Counted from the first letter of the stretch, positions 22,314 through 32,117 are shown. The stretch is 64,000 bases of DNA from Betaproteobacteria bacterium (GCA_016868295.1 VGHJ01000009.1:901-64900), one strand, 5' to 3'. Notes: a model not told the origin generated them from the letters alone. Translations and numbers: made by a program.

Positions 22314-23061
22314 ATTTCGGTTCTTGCCACTCATAACCAAGCCGCGTCACCTCGGCTCGGATGACTTCCATCGCCAAGCGGACGGACTCCGGCTCGCCGC
22401 GCACGCCGAGTTCGATATGGCGGCGCACGCCCTCGCCGCCGAACGAGGGCAGGCTGAACAGCGTCGCCTTCGGGTAATCCCGGGTGATGCGGTTCATCAG
22501 GTCGAGCAGCGCCGACTCCGGGGCCTCGTAGACGACGATCGCCTGTTCCTCGCGCGCCACGGCGTGGCGCAGCTGCGCCAGCCGCGTGTCCAGCACCCAC
22601 TCCAGCATCGGCCAGGACATGACCGGAAAGCCGGGGAAGAACCAGTGGTCGCGGATCGAGAAGCCGGGAATGCGGTTGTAGGGATTGGGGATGATGGCGC
22701 TGCCGACGGGGAACTCGCCCAGCATCAGCCGCTGCGGCGTGGTTTCCTCACCGAATCGCGCACGGATCTCGCGCTCGGCATCGGGATGCAGGGCGATGCC
22801 GACGCCCAGCGCCGCGGCGGCGGCCTGGCGCGTGTGGTCGTCCGGCGTCACGCCGATGCCGCCGAAGCTGAAGACGATGTCGCCGGAGGCGAAGCTCGCC
22901 CGCAGCGCCGCGGTCAGCCGCGCCCGGTCGTCGCCCAGGTACTGCGCCCAGTCGAGCGCCATGCCGCGCGCGCGGAGCAGCTCGACGACCTTGGCGAAGT
23001 GCTTGTCCTGCCGCTTGCCGGAAAGGATTTCGTCGCCGATGATGATGGCTCCGATCGTCAT
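22312..23061 (-). CDS. Molybdopterin-binding / CinA N-terminal-like protein
   Basis: IIIGDEILSGKRQD, GGIGVTPDDHT, PGFPVMSWPM. Confidence 0.88.
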   Translation of the reverse strand: MTIGAIIIGDEILSGKRQDKHFAKVVELLRARGMALDWAQYLGDDRARLTAALRASFASGDIVFSFGGIGVTPDDHTRQAAAAALGVGIALHPDAEREIRARFGEETTPQRLMLGEFPVGSAIIPNPYNRIPGFSIRDHWFFPGFPVMSWPMLEWVLDTRLAQLRHAVAREEQAIVVYEAPESALLDLMNRITRDYPKATLFSLPSFGGEGVRRHIELGVRGEPESVRLAMEVIRAEVTRLGYEWQEPK

Positions 23062-23780
23062 GCGTTCCGCGTCCGCCGCAGTGCCTCCAGGCCGTAGTGG
23101 ATGAAGGCCAGCCCGGCATAGGCCGGCGCGATGAGATTCGCCACCGGCACGAAGGCGAGCAGGCCGGCGACGATGCCGGCGAGGTAGAGGCCGCCGCGTT
23201 CTCGCGCCAGCACGGCATCGAGCTCGTCCGCGCCGGCATGCGCCGAGAGCGCGTCGTAGCTGTAGCCGCGGTAATTGAGGTAGCCGGCGAGCAGCACCGG
23301 CAGCACGATGCCCATGCCGGGGATCAGCCACAGCGGCAGCGTCACCGCCCAGCCGACGAGGAACACGATCACCGCGAGCAGGGCGTTGCCGACGCTGCCG
23401 GCCAGCGTGCCGCCGTTGCGCCGCTCCAGTTCCGGATAGTCCTTCGCCGCCACGCGCTCCAGCATCAGCGGCAGGGCGAAGACGGCGACGATGAACATCG
23501 CCGTGCCGTAGATGAGCGGGATCAGCAGCAGGCCCAGCACCACCTTGACGAAGATGGCGCCGGCCAGGGCCGAGGCCTCCCAGCGCAGCTGCAGCCAGTT
23601 GAGCCAGCTCACCTCGTTGAAGAGGCGCTCGACGCCGGCGCCGACCGTGTCCCAGCTCATCCACGCCACAGCGATCCAGAACACGACCGCCAGCACGGTC
23701 GGCCACAGCAGGTGCCAGAGGATGCCTGGTGTGAGCAGGCTCTTCAGGGCGCGCAAATAGGCTTTCAGCACTTCCGTCAT
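23058..23780 (-). CDS. EI24/CysZ-like membrane protein
   Basis: Multi-TM; YPELERRNGG, RGYSYDAL..HA. Confidence 0.8.
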   Translation of the reverse strand: MTEVLKAYLRALKSLLTPGILWHLLWPTVLAVVFWIAVAWMSWDTVGAGVERLFNEVSWLNWLQLRWEASALAGAIFVKVVLGLLLIPLIYGTAMFIVAVFALPLMLERVAAKDYPELERRNGGTLAGSVGNALLAVIVFLVGWAVTLPLWLIPGMGIVLPVLLAGYLNYRGYSYDALSAHAGADELDAVLARERGGLYLAGIVAGLLAFVPVANLIAPAYAGLAFIHYGLEALRRTRNA

Positions 23781-23790
23781 ATTCCGTTCC

Positions 23791-26700
23791 TCAATGCCGC
23801 GGCCGGCTCTCCCAGGCCTTCTGCAGGCGCTTCACCGACACCGGCATCGGCGTCTTCAGCTCCTGCGCGAACAGCGCGACGCGCAGTTCCTCGAGCAGCC
23901 AGCGGAAATCCTCCAGCCAGGGGTCGGGCGCGCCGCTCTTGCGCCGCGCCAGGCGCTCGCGCTCCCAGGGTTTATACAATGCCGCAAACTCCTGCGCCAG
24001 CCGGGCGTCGCGCGCCGGATCGGCGCGCAGCTTGTCCACGCGCAATTGGGCCGCCTTCAGGTAGCGCGGAAAATGCGCCAGGCGCTCGAAGGGCGTCGCC
24101 TCGACGAAGACCTTCGGCAGCAGCTCGGCGCACTGGCTCCTGATGTCTTCCGCCGCGGCCGGCTGCGCCTTGATCGTCGCGAGTTTCTTCTGCAGGGCGG
24201 CATGCTCGGCGAGAATCGTCCCGACCAGCCGCCCGATTTCCTGCCCGACCAGGCTGATGCGGGCGCGCGCCTCGTCCTTGCGCCTGGCGAAACTGGCGGC
24301 ATCGGCCGGCAGCGGCTCCAGCATGCAGGTGCGCTCCAGCGTCGCCGCGACGATCTGGCTTTTCAGTTCGGCCTCCGTGCCCCAGGCCATGTAGAGCAGG
24401 CCCAGCTCGCGCGGCAGGGATTTCTCGACGAACTTCACCTGCTCGCGCAGCTCGAGCGCGAAAAGCCGGCGCAGGCCCTTGCGGTGCACGGCGGCGGCCT
24501 TCTCCGGCGTGTCCTGCACGCGCAGCGCCACCGTGTCGCTCTCGTCCACCAGCGCCGGAAAGCCGATCACCTTGCGGCCGCCGACGTCCACTTCCATGAT
24601 CTCCGGCAGCGCGCCGAAGCTCCAGGAAGTCAGTCCCTGCAGCACGGCGCCTTCGGTTTCCTCCTTCACCTCGGCGCGGGCGAAGCTCTGCTCGATCTTC
24701 TCGGCGAAGCGGCTGCGCAGTGCCGCGAGGTCGCGCGACTGCCCGAGCATGCGGCCGTGCTCGTCCACGGCGCGGAAGTTCATGAAGAAGTGCGCCGGCA
24801 CCATCTCGGCGCGGAAGGCGTCGAGCGGCAGCTTCAACTGCATCTTCTCCTCGGCGGCGCGCGTCAGCGCACGCAGGAAGGGCTCGTCGGCCTCGCGGGG
24901 CGCTTCCGCGAAGTCGGCGACGAATTCATCGATGGGCTGCAGGCGGTGGCGGTATTTCTGCGGCAGGGTCTTCACGAACTGCGCCGCCTTCTGCTCGAGC
25001 AGGCCCGGCACCAGCCACTCGCAGCGCACCGCCGGCACCTGGTTCAACGCCGCCACCGGCACCGTCAGCGTGACGCCGTCGTCCTCGGTGCCGGGCTCGA
25101 AATGGTAGGCGAGCGGATAGCGCTGGCCGTGGATCTCCAGCTGCGGCGGGAAGCGCTCCGAGGTGACGCCGGCGGCATCGTGGCGCATGAGCTGATCGCG
25201 CGTGAGGAAGAGCCGCTTCGGCTCGGCCTTTTCCGCCTCCTTGCGCCAGCGCTCGAAGCCGGCGACGTCGACAACCTCGGCAGGAATCTGCGCGTCGTAG
25301 AAGGCGAAGATCAGTTCCTCGTCGACCAGCACGTCCTGGCGGCGCGTCTTGTGCTCGAGCTGCTCGATGTCGCGCACCAGCTTGCGGTTGTGCTGGAAGA
25401 AGCGGGCGTGGCGCGCCATCTCGTCGGGCAGTTCGCCCTGCACCAGGCCCTCGCGGATGAGCAGCGCGCGGGCGAGCTTCGGGTCGATGCGGCCATAGGT
25501 CACCGGCCGTTTTGCGTAGAGCACCAGGCCGTGCAGGGTGGCGCGCTCCCAGGCGCGGACCTGGCCGGTCTTCTTTTCCCAGTGCGGGTCGTAGACGCTC
25601 TTCCTCACCATGTGGGCGCCGACCTCTTCCAGCCATTCCGGCTCGATCTTCGCCAGGCAGCGCGCGTAGAGCCGCGTCGTCTCGACCAGTTCGGCGGCGA
25701 CGATCCAGCGGCCGGCCTTCTTCGCCAGCGCCGAGCCGGGATGCGGCCAGAAGCGGATGCCGCGCGCGCCGAGGTAGTGGCCCTCCTCCTCGCTCTTCAG
25801 GCCGAGGTTGCCGAGCAGGCCGGCGAGCAGCGCCTTGTGGATCTGCTCGTAGGTCGCCGGCTGCTCGTTCGCCCCGGCGCCGGGCCGCCCCAAGCCGGGG
25901 CGCTTGTGCGCCTGCGAGCGAAGCGAGCCGCCGTCACCCCCTTCCCCGGGAAGGGGGGCGGGGGGTAGGTGTCCTTTCAGCCAGCTGTGCTCGCCGCAGA
26001 GGGTGTGCAGCTGGGCGTGCACCTCGCGCCACTCGCGCATGCGCAGGTAATGCAGGAAGTTCTTGCGGCACCAGTCGCGCTGTTTGCGCTGCGACTCGTG
26101 GATCCAGATCTGATCGAAGGCCTTCCAGAGATTCAGCCAGGCGAGGAATTCCGAGCGCTGCTGCTGTTCGTCGCCGCGCCATTTGGCGTGGGCCTGGTCG
26201 GCCGCGCCGGCCTGCTCGGGCGGCCGCTCGCGCGGGTCCTGCACCGAGAGCACGGCGGCGATGATCAGCATCTCGCGCAGGCAGTGGCCGTCACGCGCGG
26301 CGAGGATCATGCGGCCGATGCGCGGATCGAGCGGCAGCTTGGCCAGCTCGCGGCCGGACTGCGTCAGCTCGCGCTGGTCATCGACGGCGCCCAGCTCCTC
26401 CAGCAACTGATAGCCGTCGGTGATCATTCTGGGCAGCGGCTTGTCGAGGAAAGGGAATGCCTCCACCTCGCCCAGGTGCAGCGACTTCATGCGCAGGATG
26501 ACGCCGGCCAGCGAGGAGCGCAGGATTTCCGGATCGGTGTAGGCGGGGCGTTTGGCGAAATCCTCCTCGTCGTAGAGGCGGATGCAGACGCCGCTCATGA
26601 CGCGGCCGCAGCGCCCGGCACGCTGGCTGGCGGCGGAGCGGGCGATGTCCTCGACCTGCAGCATCTCCACCTTGTTGCGGTGGGAATAGCGCTTGACGCG

Positions 26701-27636
26701 CGCCAGGCCGGCGTCGACCACGTAGCGGATGCCCGGCACGGTGAGCGAGGTCTCGGCGACGTTGGTGGCGAGCACGACGCGGCGACCCTTCGCCGGCGCG
26801 AAGACGCGCTGCTGCTCCTGCGCCGACTGGCGGGCGTAGAGCGGCAGCAGTTCCGTCCCGGGCGGATGGTGCTTCCGCAGGGCTTCCGCCGCCTCGCGGA
26901 TCTCGCGTTCGCCGGGCAGGAACACCAGCACGTCGCCGGGGCCGTTGCGATGGCATTCGTCCACGGCGTCGACGATGGCATCCGCGACATCGACGTCGTC
27001 GGCCGGCGGCCGCCAGCGCGTCTCGATGGGATAGAGCCGGCCCGACACCTCGATCACCGGGGCCGCTTTTTCGTTGATCGCGAAGTGCTTAGCGAAACGC
27101 TCGGCGTCCAGCGTCGCCGAGGTGACGATGACCTTCAATTCAGGCCGCTTCTGCAACAGCTGCTTCAAATAGCCGAGCAGGAAGTCGATGTTGAGGCTGC
27201 GTTCGTGCGCCTCGTCGATGATCAGCGTGTCGTACTGCCTGAGCTGCGGGTCGCCCTGCGTCTCGGCGAGCAGGATGCCGTCGGTCATCAGCTTGATGTA
27301 GCTGTCGGGGCTGACGCGATCGGTGAAGCGGATCTTGAAGCCGACGGCACGGCCCAGTTCGCTCTTCAGCTCCTGGGCGATGCGCGTGGCGGTGGCGCGG
27401 GCGGCGATGCGGCGCGGCTGGGTGTGGCCGATGAGGCCGTTCGCCCCGCGCCCGAGCTCCAGGCAGATCTTCGGCAACTGCGTCGTCTTGCCCGAGCCGG
27501 TCTCGCCGCAGACGATGACCACCTGGTTGTTTTGAATCGCCTCGGCGATCTCGCCGCGGCGGGCCGAGACCGGCAGCTCGTCATCGTAGGCAATCGCCGG
27601 CCGCGCGGCCAGGCGGATTTCCGGATCGAATCTCAT
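23791..27636 (-). CDS. hrpA: ATP-dependent RNA helicase HrpA
   Basis: GETGSGKTTQLPK, TQPRRIAA, DEAH, ATNVAETSLTVPGI, QRAGRCGR, SLFAQEL-like tail. Confidence 0.97.
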   Translation of the reverse strand: MRFDPEIRLAARPAIAYDDELPVSARRGEIAEAIQNNQVVIVCGETGSGKTTQLPKICLELGRGANGLIGHTQPRRIAARATATRIAQELKSELGRAVGFKIRFTDRVSPDSYIKLMTDGILLAETQGDPQLRQYDTLIIDEAHERSLNIDFLLGYLKQLLQKRPELKVIVTSATLDAERFAKHFAINEKAAPVIEVSGRLYPIETRWRPPADDVDVADAIVDAVDECHRNGPGDVLVFLPGEREIREAAEALRKHHPPGTELLPLYARQSAQEQQRVFAPAKGRRVVLATNVAETSLTVPGIRYVVDAGLARVKRYSHRNKVEMLQVEDIARSAASQRAGRCGRVMSGVCIRLYDEEDFAKRPAYTDPEILRSSLAGVILRMKSLHLGEVEAFPFLDKPLPRMITDGYQLLEELGAVDDQRELTQSGRELAKLPLDPRIGRMILAARDGHCLREMLIIAAVLSVQDPRERPPEQAGAADQAHAKWRGDEQQQRSEFLAWLNLWKAFDQIWIHESQRKQRDWCRKNFLHYLRMREWREVHAQLHTLCGEHSWLKGHLPPAPLPGEGGDGGSLRSQAHKRPGLGRPGAGANEQPATYEQIHKALLAGLLGNLGLKSEEEGHYLGARGIRFWPHPGSALAKKAGRWIVAAELVETTRLYARCLAKIEPEWLEEVGAHMVRKSVYDPHWEKKTGQVRAWERATLHGLVLYAKRPVTYGRIDPKLARALLIREGLVQGELPDEMARHARFFQHNRKLVRDIEQLEHKTRRQDVLVDEELIFAFYDAQIPAEVVDVAGFERWRKEAEKAEPKRLFLTRDQLMRHDAAGVTSERFPPQLEIHGQRYPLAYHFEPGTEDDGVTLTVPVAALNQVPAVRCEWLVPGLLEQKAAQFVKTLPQKYRHRLQPIDEFVADFAEAPREADEPFLRALTRAAEEKMQLKLPLDAFRAEMVPAHFFMNFRAVDEHGRMLGQSRDLAALRSRFAEKIEQSFARAEVKEETEGAVLQGLTSWSFGALPEIMEVDVGGRKVIGFPALVDESDTVALRVQDTPEKAAAVHRKGLRRLFALELREQVKFVEKSLPRELGLLYMAWGTEAELKSQIVAATLERTCMLEPLPADAASFARRKDEARARISLVGQEIGRLVGTILAEHAALQKKLATIKAQPAAAEDIRSQCAELLPKVFVEATPFERLAHFPRYLKAAQLRVDKLRADPARDARLAQEFAALYKPWERERLARRKSGAPDPWLEDFRWLLEELRVALFAQELKTPMPVSVKRLQKAWESRPRH
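24625..24649 (+). repeat. Dispersed motif, exact copy inside hrpA
   Basis: ggaagtcagtccctgcagcacggcg. Confidence 0.85.
25870..25980. repeat. GC-rich palindromic repeat inserted in frame in hrpA (~37 aa)
   Basis: cgtcacccccttccccgggaaggggggcgggggg; encodes LKGHLPPAPLPGEGGDGGSLRSQ...; related copies at 32118 and 42952. Confidence 0.75.
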
Positions 27637-27638
27637 GA

Positions 27639-27663
27639 AAAAGTCAGTCCCTGCGGGACGGCG
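27639..27663 (+). repeat. Dispersed motif, exact copy between toxin stop and hrpA start
   Basis: aaaagtcagtccctgcgggacggcg. Confidence 0.9.
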
Positions 27664-27665
27664 GC

Positions 27666-27965
27666 TCAGGAACGCTGGAGACGCTCCGTGATGGAGGCAG
27701 GATCCTGGCGGCAATCGAGCACGGCGACGACCGTAGTCGTGTCGTCACGCATCTCATAATAGATCGCAAACGGGAACCGTCTGGCAAGCATGCGATGCAG
27801 TCGATCATCGAACTTGATGTGAATGCCCGCATACAGCGCCAGCGCATCGATGTCGGCAAACAGGCTGTCGAGAAAATAGTCGCCGATGCCGGGTTGCTGC
27901 TTCTCGTAGAACACGAACCCTTCGAGCAGATCGGTCTCTGCCGAACGGGCGATCCTGACCTGCAT
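27666..27965 (-). CDS. RelE/ParE-family toxin
   Basis: AETDLLEGFVFYEKQQPGIGDYF, RFPFAIYY, VAVLDCRQDP. Confidence 0.88.
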   Translation of the reverse strand: MQVRIARSAETDLLEGFVFYEKQQPGIGDYFLDSLFADIDALALYAGIHIKFDDRLHRMLARRFPFAIYYEMRDDTTTVVAVLDCRQDPASITERLQRS

Positions 27966-28186
27966 CAACCCGCCTTGGTCTGGTTGCGAATGCGCTCCTT
28001 TGCTTCCTGCCAGGACGTGACGGCATCCGCACCGCTATCGATCAGGCGCATGCGTTCTCTCAGCACTGCGCCATGCCAGGCGGGCGACTCGACCCAGGAA
28101 TCCGACTTGCACAGCGAATCCCAGAGCGCTTCCATCAGTTTCAGCCGTTCCGCGACGGGCAAATCAGCTATGTCGGCCGTGACCAT
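27965..28186 (-). CDS. Addiction-module component (antitoxin)
   Basis: LPVAERLKLMEALWDSL...SPAWH..VL.ER...WQEAKERI. Confidence 0.85.
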   Translation of the reverse strand: MVTADIADLPVAERLKLMEALWDSLCKSDSWVESPAWHGAVLRERMRLIDSGADAVTSWQEAKERIRNQTKAG

Positions 28187-28227
28187 TCGATGCTCCTGTT
28201 TACCCTGTGACGGCCAATACTAGCAGA

Positions 28228-28611
28228 TCACCTGGCAAGCACGACGAAAGTGGCGATGCCCAGTGCCGTCATCACGAGCGAGCCGACGAGATGCCCGCCC
28301 GCGACCGCCAGCGCCCAGCCGTACTGCGCGCGCTCGATCAGCGCCACCACCTCGGCGGAGAAGGTCGAGAAGGTCGTCAGCCCGCCGAGAAAGCCGGTGA
28401 TGAGGAAGAGCTTCAGCTCGGGCGACAGTCCGGCGTGGTGGTGGAACAGCGCCACGGCAAAGCCGACCAGATAGCCGCCGATGAGGTTGGCGGCGAGCGT
28501 GCCGAGCGGCACGGTCGGGAACAGCGGGTTGAGGGCGACGCCGAGGCCCCAGCGCGCCCAGGCGCCCAGCGCGGCGCCGCCGCCGACGGCGAGGAATGAT
28601 CCCAAGTTCAT
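28228..28611 (-). CDS. crcB: Fluoride efflux channel CrcB/FluC
   Basis: GGGAALGAWARW, PLGTLAANL.G, GFLGGLTTFSTFS.E. Confidence 0.95.
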   Translation of the reverse strand: MNLGSFLAVGGGAALGAWARWGLGVALNPLFPTVPLGTLAANLIGGYLVGFAVALFHHHAGLSPELKLFLITGFLGGLTTFSTFSAEVVALIERAQYGWALAVAGGHLVGSLVMTALGIATFVVLAR

Positions 28612-28668
28612 GTTTGTCATGGATTTTGCCTGCGATTGTAGCGCGTCCTGTCGTACTCCCGCTGACAC

Positions 28669-28698
28669 GCTGTAAGCTTTTGCCCCATGCGCCGGTCT
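28669..28698 (+). promoter_or_regulatory. Candidate ECF promoter GCTGTAAG-N15-CCGGTCT
   Basis: Same spaced motif recurs at 30785-30814. Confidence 0.7.
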
Positions 28699-28719
28699 TA
28701 TCCTGCGGAGGCCATTGCC

Positions 28720-29223
28720 ATGTCCCTTTTCAGCCAGCGCCAGTTCGACCAGGCCGCGCGCGCCTACAGCGCCGACCTCTATCGCTATGCCTACTGGCTG
28801 TGCCGCGATCGCTTCGTCGCCGAGGAACTGGTGCAGGAGACCTTCGCCCGCGCCTGGAAGAATTGGGACAGCCTGGAGGACCTCGCCGCCGCCAAGCCCT
28901 GGCTCATCACGATACTCAGGAACGAGCACGCCCGCCTCTACGAACGCAAGCGCCTCGACTACACCGACGACGACCCGCAGGAACTCGACCTGCCGTCGGC
29001 CGCACAGGCCGGATCCCACCTCGAACTGGAGCAGCTGGTCGAGGCGCTGCCGGAAACCTACCGCGAGCCGCTGGTGCTGCAGGTGCTCGGCGGCTACGAG
29101 TGCAAGGAAATCGCCGAGATGCTCGGCACCACAGAGGGGGCCGTGATGACCCGCCTCACCCGCCCGCGGCAGGCGCTGCGCGCGCATCTGTCCGATCCCG
29201 CGAAAGCGAGGGTAGCCCAATGA
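28720..29223 (+). CDS. ECF sigma factor
   Basis: AEELVQETFARAW, PWLITILRNE, LPETYREPLVLQVLGGYECKEIA..LG. Confidence 0.92.
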   Translation: MSLFSQRQFDQAARAYSADLYRYAYWLCRDRFVAEELVQETFARAWKNWDSLEDLAAAKPWLITILRNEHARLYERKRLDYTDDDPQELDLPSAAQAGSHLELEQLVEALPETYREPLVLQVLGGYECKEIAEMLGTTEGAVMTRLTRPRQALRAHLSDPAKARVAQ

Positions 29224-29927
29224 CGAACTGCCTGGATTTCCGCCGCGAGAAACTCGCCGACCCGCGCCACCTCTCGCCCGGGGCGCTGGCGCACATGAGC
29301 GATTGCGCCGCCTGCCGCGGTTTCTCCGCCGAGATCAACGAGAACGAGGCGCAACTGGCCGCCGCGCTCGACGTGCCGGTGCCCGAGGGCCTGGCGGAGC
29401 GCATCGTTCTGCGCCGCAGGGCCGGCGCCCGGAATGTTGCAAAGGCGTCGCCGCGCCTGTGGGCCATGGCCGCCACCGTCGTGCTGACTTTCGCCTTCGG
29501 CTTCCAGCAGTGGAAGGACTTCTCCTCGCAGGACTATGCGCGGCTGGCCATCGAGCATGTCATGCACGAGCCGGAATCGTTCACCAGCACGCGCCTGGCC
29601 GACCCGCAGCTGTTCCGCAGCGTGATGCACAACTTCGGCGGCGAGATGCAGGCTTCCCTCGGCAAGGTGCGCTTCATGAAACTCTGCCCGGTGCCGGACG
29701 GCACCGGCTGGCACATCGTCTTCGAGACCGAGCAGGGCGAGCTCGCCACGCTGATCCTGATTCCCGCCAAGCGCATGCAGTCGCAGAGGGAGCAGGCGAC
29801 GGTGGGCGGCTGGACCGCGCTGGCGCGTCCGGGCGGACAGGGTTACTACGCCGTGATCACGCAATCGCCCGAGACCCTCGGCAAGGTGGACGAACTGGTG
29901 CGCCAGCGCGTGCGCTGGCGCGGCTGA
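29220..29927 (+). CDS. Probable anti-sigma factor (DUF3379-like)
   Basis: N-terminal CLDFRR...H..DC.AC zinc-binding-like motif, one TM, ATGA overlap with ECF. Confidence 0.75.
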   Translation: MTNCLDFRREKLADPRHLSPGALAHMSDCAACRGFSAEINENEAQLAAALDVPVPEGLAERIVLRRRAGARNVAKASPRLWAMAATVVLTFAFGFQQWKDFSSQDYARLAIEHVMHEPESFTSTRLADPQLFRSVMHNFGGEMQASLGKVRFMKLCPVPDGTGWHIVFETEQGELATLILIPAKRMQSQREQATVGGWTALARPGGQGYYAVITQSPETLGKVDELVRQRVRWRG

Positions 29928-29929
29928 TC

Positions 29930-30768
29930 GTGCGTACCGTTTCAGCGGTCCTGCTGGCCGCTGCCTGCTTCCTCGCACCGGCCGTCCAGGCCCAGCTCGC
30001 GCCGGAGGACCGCCAGGCCTGGCCGAAGACGGATTTCTCGAAGCGCAGCGTCGAGCTGACGGAGATCCAGTTCGGCGGCCCGCCGAAGGACGGCATCCCG
30101 GCCATCGACAAGCCGCGCTTCGACAGCGCCAGCCAGGCGCGCGCCTGAATATCCTCCCCGCCGAAGTCGTCGCCTTCGAAGACTTCCTGTCGGCCTATCC
30201 GGCGGGCGAAGTCCTTTCACGCCGCACCGGCCACTCGCGGCCCTACGGCCGCAATCCCTACCGCGGCTACGACCGCGTCGGCCAGAATCCCTTCCTCTTC
30301 GACGACCCCGTCGACAAGCGCCTGCCGGCGATGGAACGCGTGCTCGCCGTCGAACTCGGCGGCAGGACGCGGCTGCATCCCTTCGCCCAGCTCGAGAAGC
30401 AGTTGGTGCTCAACGAGTCGCTGCAGCGCACGCCCTATGTCGTTTTCGCCAAGGCCCGCTTGAGCAGCGCGCTGGACACGGAGCGCATCGAGGACGGTCG
30501 CCGCATTCCGGCGGCGGCGGCCTATCTGCGCACGCTCGACGGCCGCGTGCTGGAGTTCGCCGCCAGGGAAGACCGCGTCATCGATCTGCAGACCGGCTCG
30601 TCCTGGAACGCCCTGGGCGAAGCAACCGCCGGCACGCTCAAAGGCAAGCGGCTGGAAAGCGTGCCGGGCGGCGTGCATTTCGCCTTCGCCTGGCTCGCCT
30701 TCCGGCCGGACTCCGAGATCCATCAGCCGGCGGCAAACGCCAACGCCGCGCCGTCCCGCAGAGACTGA
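29930..30768 (+). pseudogene. DUF3179-family gene with internal deletion and frameshift at ~30145
   Basis: Frame A: signal peptide + GGPPKDGIPAID, stop at 30146; frame B resumes LNILPAEVV...YGRNPY...HFAFAWLAFRP. Confidence 0.75.
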
Positions 30769-30773
30769 CTTTT
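30749..30773 (-). repeat. Dispersed motif, exact copy over DUF3179 stop codon
   Basis: Reverse complement aaaagtcagtctctgcgggacggcg. Confidence 0.9.
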
Positions 30774-30784
30774 AAATATTTCAG

Positions 30785-30814
30785 GCTGTAAGGAATTCGA
30801 CTGCCGGCCGGTCT
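30785..30814 (+). promoter_or_regulatory. Candidate ECF promoter GCTGTAAG-N15-CCGGTCT upstream of DUF2282 operon
   Basis: Matches 28669-28698 in both boxes and spacing. Confidence 0.7.
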
Positions 30815-30875
30815 CTTTCGACAAGGGCCGGCCATTCCGGCCGGCCCTGCACCCCAAATCCAATAGGAGACCGAC

Positions 30876-31178
30876 ATGCAAAAAGCCCTCACCGCCGCAT
30901 CCTTCGCCATCGCCTTCGGCACCGCCATGACCCTCGCCGCCGCCCCCGTCGCGGCGCAGGACAAGATGGCCGACAAGGAGAAGTGCTACGGCGTCGCCCT
31001 CAAGGGCAAGAACGACTGCAAGGCCGGCGCCGGCACATCCTGCGCCGGCAGCTCGAAGATGGACTACCAGGGCAATGCCTGGTCGATGGTGCCGAAGGGC
31101 ACCTGCGAGAAGACCGCCTCGCCGACCTCGCCGACCGGCTTCGGCCAGCTCAAGGAGTTCAAGGAAAAGAAAGCCTGA
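30876..31178 (+). CDS. DUF2282 periplasmic Cys-rich precursor (bufferin BufA1-like)
   Basis: Signal peptide; [14 protein letters not shown]...SCAGSS..DYQGNAW..VPKGTC. Confidence 0.9.
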   Translation: MQKALTAASFAIAFGTAMTLAAAPVAAQDKMADKEKCYGVALKGKNDCKAGAGTSCAGSSKMDYQGNAWSMVPKGTCEKTASPTSPTGFGQLKEFKEKKA

Positions 31179-31206
31179 TCGAGCGCGCAGTGACGGAGCG
31201 CCTCTC

Positions 31207-32106
31207 ATGACGAACGCGAACCCGCATCGCCCCATCAGGGGAGGCGCCAAAGCCCCCGCCGCGCTGCCGAAGCGCGGCGGCGTCGGCCTGAAGCCGGAGC
31301 ATTTCCGCCACATCCTCGACGCGCAACCGGACATCGGTTTCTTCGAGGTGCATGCCGAGAACTACATGGTGGCCGGCGGCCCCTTCCACCATTACCTGGA
31401 GCGCATCCGCGCCGACCATGCGCTCTCGATCCACGGCGTCGGCCTGTCGATCGGCGGCGAGGACCCGCTCGACGAACTTCACCTCGACCGTCTCGCGGCG
31501 CTGCTGGCGCGCTACCAGCCCGAATCGTTTTCCGAACACCTGGCCTGGTCCAGCCATGGCGGCGCCTTCTTCAACGACCTGCTGCCGGCGCCCTATCACG
31601 CCGGCACGCTGGCCCGCGTCTGCGCGCACATCGACCGGGTGCAGGAACGCCTCGGCCGGCGCATGCTGCTGGAGAACCCGGCCACCTACGTCGAGTTCGA
31701 GGCCTCGACGATGACGGAGACGGATTTCATCGCGGAGGTCGTCCGCCGCACCGGCTGCGGCCTGCTGCTCGACGTCAACAACGCCTACGTTTCCTGCACC
31801 AATCACCATCGCGACGCGCGCGCCTACCTGCGCGCCCTGCCGCTGGCGGCGGTGGGCGAGATTCACCTCGCCGGCCATGCCCGCGAGGTCGACGCCGCCG
31901 GCGCGCCGCTGCTCATCGACAGCCATGGTGCGCCCGTGGCGGAGGCGGTGTGGGCGCTCTACGATTTCGCCCTTTCCCTCGTCGGCCCGCAGCCGACCCT
32001 GATCGAGCGCGACAACGACCTCCCGGCATTCGCCGTGCTCGCCGCCGTGGCGCGCCAGGCCGAAATCGTCATGGCGCGCCACGCGAAACTCGAGGTCGCG
32101 GCATGA
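31207..32106 (+). CDS. DUF692 multinuclear non-heme iron oxidative enzyme (MNIO)
   Basis: [53 protein letters not shown]. Confidence 0.93.
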   Translation: MTNANPHRPIRGGAKAPAALPKRGGVGLKPEHFRHILDAQPDIGFFEVHAENYMVAGGPFHHYLERIRADHALSIHGVGLSIGGEDPLDELHLDRLAALLARYQPESFSEHLAWSSHGGAFFNDLLPAPYHAGTLARVCAHIDRVQERLGRRMLLENPATYVEFEASTMTETDFIAEVVRRTGCGLLLDVNNAYVSCTNHHRDARAYLRALPLAAVGEIHLAGHAREVDAAGAPLLIDSHGAPVAEAVWALYDFALSLVGPQPTLIERDNDLPAFAVLAAVARQAEIVMARHAKLEVAA

Positions 32107-32117
32107 GCGCCCGGCAC

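Noticed and set aside
23794-27759. Long antisense and alternate-frame ORFs (also 13718-15547, 15415-17184, 36423-39083, 48770-51028, 55940-59260, 56401-60393)
   Set aside because: Shadow ORFs typical of high-GC DNA: Arg/Ala/Gly-rich, no motifs, fully overlapping confidently identified genes.
28612-28690. Possible fluoride riboswitch upstream of crcB
   Set aside because: No GGnGATGGnnTTCnCC...GCTnATGAC pattern on the minus strand; the space holds the divergent ECF promoter.
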